A DNA stretch of 64,000 nucleotides, taken from assembly GCA_963665295.1 (NCBI GenBank), contig OY762209.1:1152001-1216000 (forward strand), in the 5' to 3' direction. The DNA is from Syntrophorhabdaceae bacterium (GTDB lineage: Bacteria; Desulfobacterota; Syntrophorhabdia; Syntrophorhabdales; Syntrophorhabdaceae). Below the pieces are notes generated by a model. The model was given only the letters and a program-made list of their open reading frames with translations. It had not been told where the DNA came from and searched no databases. Position numbers and translations under genes: made by a program. This document shows positions 59,894-64,000 of this stretch, in pieces. Positions within the stretch are counted from its first letter, which is position 1, and each line of letters opens with the position of its first letter.

Positions 59894-60379
59894 GTGGCTG
59901 ATTTGGCGGATAAGGAGTCCGGTGGGATTTTGTACCTGGAGGACCATGTGCCGGGATCGGTGGTGAGATTCGGGACGGTTTTGGCGGAAGAAGGGGCAAT
60001 GATCGAGTTTGCTTCGAGGTATGATCCGCAGGTGTTTCATGTTGACCCCGTCGCGGCCCGGAAGACCTCCTTCGGGGGTCTTGTGGCGAGCGGGCTGCAT
60101 ACCATGTGCATGGCCATGCGGCTCCTTGTGGACAACTATATTTGTCGCGTGGCGAACCTGGGGTCGCCGGGGGTGGATGAGCTGCGATGGCTGAAACCGG
60201 TGCGTCCCGGGGATGAACTGTCGGTGAGGCTCACCGTTCTGGAGGCGAGGCCTTCGGAATCGAAGCCCGACAGGGGTGTGATCAAGGCCCTGGTGGAAGT
60301 GCTGAATCAGACAGGAGAGATAGTGACGAGCTGGAAGGGGACGGCCATTATCCTGCGGAGGCCAACCTTACAGGCATAA
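59894..60379 (+). CDS. MaoC-family dehydratase
   Basis: YLED, YDPQVFH.D, FGGLVASG.HT and PVRPGD. Confidence 0.9.
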   Translation: MADLADKESGGILYLEDHVPGSVVRFGTVLAEEGAMIEFASRYDPQVFHVDPVAARKTSFGGLVASGLHTMCMAMRLLVDNYICRVANLGSPGVDELRWLKPVRPGDELSVRLTVLEARPSESKPDRGVIKALVEVLNQTGEIVTSWKGTAIILRRPTLQA

Positions 60380-60608
60380 CCGGTTCAGGGTTTACTTCTC
60401 CTTTTCGCCGGTCATAGTGTCCGTTGACCGGGCTGTACCCTCCCGGGCCAATTTCGGCCAATATTGCTTCGTTACGGGTCTTGCCGGGACCGGCGGGGCA
60501 CAGGAGGTACTTCACGAGGTAATGCCTTTCTTTGAGGCCGAGATTGAAGTAACACCCACTTTCCATCAGGATGCTCACCGTTTCTCTCATTGAGTGCAGG
60601 CGCCACAT
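60348..60608 (-). CDS. small hypothetical protein (LMES..YF.L.L.ER motif)
   Basis: GGAG RBS and a sigma54 consensus immediately upstream; overlaps the 3' end of the MaoC gene. Confidence 0.55.
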   Translation of the reverse strand: MWRLHSMRETVSILMESGCYFNLGLKERHYLVKYLLCPAGPGKTRNEAILAEIGPGGYSPVNGHYDRRKGEVNPEPVMPVRLASAG

Positions 60609-60631
60609 TTTCTATCTCCAAAGAATTGAAC

Positions 60632-60647
60632 TGCAAATCGTGTGCCG
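60632..60647 (-). promoter_or_regulatory. sigma54 (-24/-12) promoter
   Basis: CGGCAC-ACGAT-TTGCA on the minus strand. Confidence 0.65.
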
Positions 60648-60853
60648 GGACCGGGGGAGAGGGTGCGTCCTGTCCCTGGGACCGGGCCGTAGGGCCGGAA
60701 AGGCGGCGCCCCGTTGCGTGCCCGCGTCGCTTGGAGGAAAGGTATCCGACAAATTTGTCTTATATCATGCCGAAAACGACAAAAAAGATGGCCGGTTGCG
60801 TGACAGTGTTTCGTTTATGCCATTATTTCAGTTAGTTTGAAGATACCCCTTCC

Positions 60854-60869
60854 TGGCACGACCCTTGCT
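60854..60869 (+). promoter_or_regulatory. sigma54 (-24/-12) promoter
   Basis: TGGCAC-GACCC-TTGCT, a consensus match. Confidence 0.75.
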
Positions 60870-60965
60870 TTGTATTGTATGGGACCCGAAGACCGGGGTA
60901 GCCGACCGGGGCCTGAATCACGCAGGCCGCAAAGAGGTCCCATGCGTCATGCGAAGGAGAGTGTC

Positions 60966-61154
60966 ATGAAAACACTGATTGCGGCAATTGTGGCAGCAAC
61001 GTTGATGGCAGGATGTGCGATCGTCCCCATCGGTTACTACGAGCCCGGCCCGTATTACGGACCTCGGTACTACAGTCCGCCCGCGTACGGGAGCTATCCG
61101 CGCGGCTACTATGGACATGGCTACTACGGACCGAGGTATTATGGACATTATTGA
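60966..61154 (+). CDS. small Tyr/Gly/Pro-rich lipoprotein
   Basis: AAGGAG RBS; lipobox MAGC; YYGP repeats. Confidence 0.75.
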   Translation: MKTLIAAIVAATLMAGCAIVPIGYYEPGPYYGPRYYSPPAYGSYPRGYYGHGYYGPRYYGHY

Positions 61155-61839
61155 AAGGGGTTTTTACAAAATTAGAAGAAAGGGCGCGGCAGTGGTGTGC
61201 GTGGTCGCCCTTGTTTCAATATTTGTCTTCTCCGGCACGGCCATGGCTTTCAATAAGGGGAACCTGAGCCGCTTGAACGCGACAGGCAAATGTCCGGACT
61301 GCGACCTTACGAACGTGGACCTTTTCGGCGTAAACCTTTCCCGGGCCGACCTTATCAAGGCCAACCTCTCCGGCGCGAACCTTTCGGGGGTAAACCTTTC
61401 CCGGGCAGGGCTTTCCCGGGCGGAACTGACGGGGGTGAACCTCGTGGGTGCGAACCTTGCGGGGGTGGACCTTTCGGGCGCGAACCTTTCCGAGGCAAAC
61501 CTCATTAACGCGGTCCTTTCCGGGGGAAACCTTTCCGATGCGCACCTTGTCAACGCGGACCTTTTCGGCGCGAACATGGCGGGGGCAAACCTCACCCAGG
61601 CGAACCTTACGAGTGCGGTCCTTTCCGGCTCGAACCTTTACAGGGCGAATCTCGCAGGGGTAAACTTCACCGGGGCGGACCTCTATGGCGCGAACCTCAC
61701 CAGCGCGAACATGACGGGGGTGAACCTTTTCCAGGCAAACCTGCGGGGCACCGATCTCACCAATGTGAATCTCTCGGGCGTCACGTGGACGGACGGGAGT
61801 GTATGCAAGCCCGGTTCGAAGGGAAAGTGCAGGAAGTAA
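61141..61839 (+). CDS. exported pentapeptide repeat protein
   Basis: Signal peptide; CPDCDL; tandem A(N/D)Lxx repeats; TWTDG..C. The start is uncertain. Confidence 0.9.
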   Translation: MDIIERGFYKIRRKGAAVVCVVALVSIFVFSGTAMAFNKGNLSRLNATGKCPDCDLTNVDLFGVNLSRADLIKANLSGANLSGVNLSRAGLSRAELTGVNLVGANLAGVDLSGANLSEANLINAVLSGGNLSDAHLVNADLFGANMAGANLTQANLTSAVLSGSNLYRANLAGVNFTGADLYGANLTSANMTGVNLFQANLRGTDLTNVNLSGVTWTDGSVCKPGSKGKCRK

Positions 61840-61893
61840 AAGGGACCGGCTTGCCGCCGGACCGAATGGGGCTCGTTGCCGCCGGGGACGGCT

Positions 61894-62457
61894 TCAATTC
61901 CCGCCTAACTCCCCATGGCGGAAACAGTCCTTCACGTGGTCGTTTACCATTCCTATCGCCTGCATGAAGGCGTAGCAGATCGTGGTTCCCGTGAACTTGA
62001 AGCCCCTTTTCTTGAGGTCCCTGCTCATGGCGTCCGACTCGGGGGTGCGGGAGGGGACTTCGCTCAGCGTTCTCCAGGCGTTTTGGATCGGTTTCCCGCC
62101 GGTGAACCCCCAGATGTAGCGGTCGAAGCTCCCGAATTCCTTTTGTATTTCGAGGAAGGCCCTTGCGTTGGTGACGGCTGCGTTGATCTTGAGTTTGTTC
62201 CGTACAATCCCGGGGTCTGCGAGGAGGCGCCCTATGTCGGCCTCGGAGTAGCAGGAGACCTTGCGGGCGTCAAAATTGTCGAAAGCCTTTCTGTAGTTTT
62301 CCCGTTTCCTCAAGATGGTGGACCAACTCAGGCCCGCCTGGGCTCCTTCCAGAATGAGAAATTCGAAGAGGGTCCGCTCGTCGTGGGTCTCCACGCCCCA
62401 TTCGTTGTCGTGGTAAGCCTGATACTCGCCTTCACCCGCCCATCCGCATCGCGTCAT
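61894..62457 (-). CDS. tag: DNA-3-methyladenine glycosylase I
   Basis: RCGW, YHDNEWG, LEGAQAGLSW, IVRNKLK and GMVNDH...C. Confidence 0.95.
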   Translation of the reverse strand: MTRCGWAGEGEYQAYHDNEWGVETHDERTLFEFLILEGAQAGLSWSTILRKRENYRKAFDNFDARKVSCYSEADIGRLLADPGIVRNKLKINAAVTNARAFLEIQKEFGSFDRYIWGFTGGKPIQNAWRTLSEVPSRTPESDAMSRDLKKRGFKFTGTTICYAFMQAIGMVNDHVKDCFRHGELGGN

Positions 62458-62903
62458 CTGTCGTCATCCATCAGGAGCGTCCCGCCCTGTTGCCTTTCGC
62501 CGCCCAGCGAGTTTTGGAGGATGTCCTCCTCTCCCCGTTTCCTTGCGGCCTCGATGGCCTGCATCCGCTCGGCTTCGAGGTTCCTTGCGCCCTGTGGGGA
62601 GTCCCCTTCCCGGCCCTGGAACGCGCCTCTTACGGATTGCCAGGAATCCCTTGCCGTCGCCTTCGCCGCACTGTCCCGGCTCGGGCCGCTGCCCCCTGAC
62701 CCGTCTTCCTTGATTACCCGCTCCTGCGGCCGGTCGCTTCCGCCCCAGTTCCAGAACTTCACTATTTCCTTGATGGTGTTTATGAGGTCTCCCACGGACG
62801 TATCCCCATGGGAGGGCGTTGCAAAGAGGACGAAGGCCATGGCAACGACGAGCAAAAAGGGCCTTATTTTCATCTTTTCACTCATACAGACATAAGTATA
62901 CAC
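62454..62903 (-). CDS. hypothetical exported protein
   Basis: Signal-peptide-like N-terminus; ATGA coupling to tag. The start is uncertain. Confidence 0.6.
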   Translation of the reverse strand: MYTYVCMSEKMKIRPFLLVVAMAFVLFATPSHGDTSVGDLINTIKEIVKFWNWGGSDRPQERVIKEDGSGGSGPSRDSAAKATARDSWQSVRGAFQGREGDSPQGARNLEAERMQAIEAARKRGEEDILQNSLGGERQQGGTLLMDDDR

Positions 62904-62993
62904 CTTACCCGCGGGCCTTGTGTACTGTAAAGACGGGGTGAGGAGGGCCGCGGCGCGGTCCTTACGGACGGGAAGGGGTTTACGCGAGCCATT

Positions 62994-63581
62994 CTAGTCT
63001 TCGGGACTGATGCCGAACAGCGGGTGGGGTGATTTCGCGACGGCGTCCCTCATGTCGAGGACATAGGGAGGCCTGATCCAGTCCTTCCATCTCGGGTAGC
63101 CGCCCAGCCAGATGTAGTTCAGGAGATTGTGAAACTGGAGCCTGGTGAAGACGTATTCGCCGATGGCGACAATAATGCCGGAGGCCGGGTCTCTTTCCTC
63201 CCTCACGGTTATGGAGGTAAGGGGCGCGTACTGCGTGATTATGCCCTCGATGATGCCCCGGGTCTTGTATCCCTCGGGGTTTTGCCTGAATGCCTCAGGC
63301 TCCGCGGGAAAGGGGAATATCTTGTAGGTCTCCCCTATGAAACCCTGATAACGGGTGCCTTGTATGGCGCCCATGAGGTCTCCCGCATCCCTTTCGTCAA
63401 GGACATATGCGTCGATGTCCGCCCGGACGGGGCCCTGCTCTCGTGCGGCGAGGTCCGAAACACAGGCCGAGAAATCGCTCGCAAAGAAGAAGTACTGGTT
63501 GAGAAGGACCATATCGGTCTCTATATTGAAGAAACCGAAGACCACTTCTCCGTGGCTCAGGGACTCATAGGCAAGGGGCAT
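62994..63581 (-). CDS. conserved hypothetical protein
   Basis: GGAGG RBS; globular-looking 195-aa ORF (FGFFNIETDM, GGYPRW). Confidence 0.75.
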   Translation of the reverse strand: MPLAYESLSHGEVVFGFFNIETDMVLLNQYFFFASDFSACVSDLAAREQGPVRADIDAYVLDERDAGDLMGAIQGTRYQGFIGETYKIFPFPAEPEAFRQNPEGYKTRGIIEGIITQYAPLTSITVREERDPASGIIVAIGEYVFTRLQFHNLLNYIWLGGYPRWKDWIRPPYVLDMRDAVAKSPHPLFGISPED

Positions 63582-63598
63582 AAAACCTCCGTGGGAGC

Positions 63599-63626
63599 AA
63601 AAAAATTGGGGGGCAAAAGCCCCCCA
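63599..63626 (-). terminator. rho-independent terminator of groEL
   Basis: Minus strand reads TGGGGGGC-TTTT-GCCCCCCA followed by ATTTTTTT. Confidence 0.8.
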
Positions 63627-63644
63627 TAGTTTGTTTCTTTCTTC

Positions 63645-64000
63645 TTAGTACATGCCTTCCATTCCGCCCATTCCTCCGGGGGGCATTCCGGGCATTCCGC
63701 CCATTCCGCCTTTGTCCTTCGGCTTTTCGGCGATCATGCAATCCGTGGTGAGGAGAAGGGCTGCAACCGACGCGGCATTCTGAAGGGCCGTTCTCGCGAC
63801 TTTCGTCGGGTCGATGATGCCCGCTTCCTGCATGTCGTCTACAAAGACTTCCCGGGCAGCGTCAAAACCGAAACCGTCTTTCCCGTTCTTTACCTTCTCG
63901 ATGATGATCGAGCCGTCGTGACCGGCGTTCTGCGAGATCCATCTCATGGGATCTTCCAGGGCCTTCTTCACGATCTTGACGCCGAACTGCCTTTCTCCCT
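63645..64000 (-). CDS. groL: chaperonin GroEL (C-terminal part)
   Basis: [20 protein letters not shown] and a GGM-repeat tail. Confidence 0.97.
   Translation of the reverse strand, partial: GERQFGVKIVKKALEDPMRWISQNAGHDGSIIIEKVKNGKDGFGFDAAREVFVDDMQEAGIIDPTKVARTALQNAASVAALLLTTDCMIAEKPKDKGGMGGMPGMPPGGMGGMEGMY

Noticed and set aside
60900..60945. c-di-GMP-I riboswitch suggested by GGCCGCAAAG
   Set aside because: The GGCAAA/GAAA P2 arrangement and the downstream P3 are absent.
61290..61780. 15-nt periodic DNA repeats (GCGAACCTTTCCGGG-like)
   Set aside because: They are fully explained by the pentapeptide-repeat coding sequence.

Overview
GC-rich bacterial window. The gene content suggests an anaerobic Desulfobacterota/deltaproteobacterium (inference only). 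It has four parts. (1) 1-9.5 kb: metabolic genes (alpha/beta hydrolase, Tat-exported amidohydrolase, ppnP, class I fumarate hydratase, VIT-vWA protein) and an intact IS256-family element with terminal inverted repeats and a 9-bp target duplication. (2) 9.6-25 kb: a complete type I-C CRISPR-Cas locus on the minus strand, with about 94 spacers by manual count. Its cas4-cas1-cas2 genes look conventional. Its cas3-cas5-cas8c-cas7 module looks divergent and lower in GC. Cas8c carries a ~120-aa inserted domain and an internal Cas11 start, and a four-helix-bundle (Avd-like) gene sits between cas7 and cas4. (3) 25.5-25.9 kb: a ~310-nt highly self-complementary intergenic element. This is followed at 26-59 kb by a ~33-kb type II FAS/PKS-like lipid cluster with aryl-polyene/flexirubin-type architecture. 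It encodes four B12-binding radical SAM enzymes, two CrtI-like FAD oxidoreductases and a DarB-like KSIII, but no darA or starter-unit ligase is visible in the window. (4) 59-64 kb: MaoC dehydratase, divergent sigma54 promoters driving small proteins and a pentapeptide-repeat protein, tag, and the 3' end of groEL. All family assignments come from motif recognition by eye; no database searches were run.
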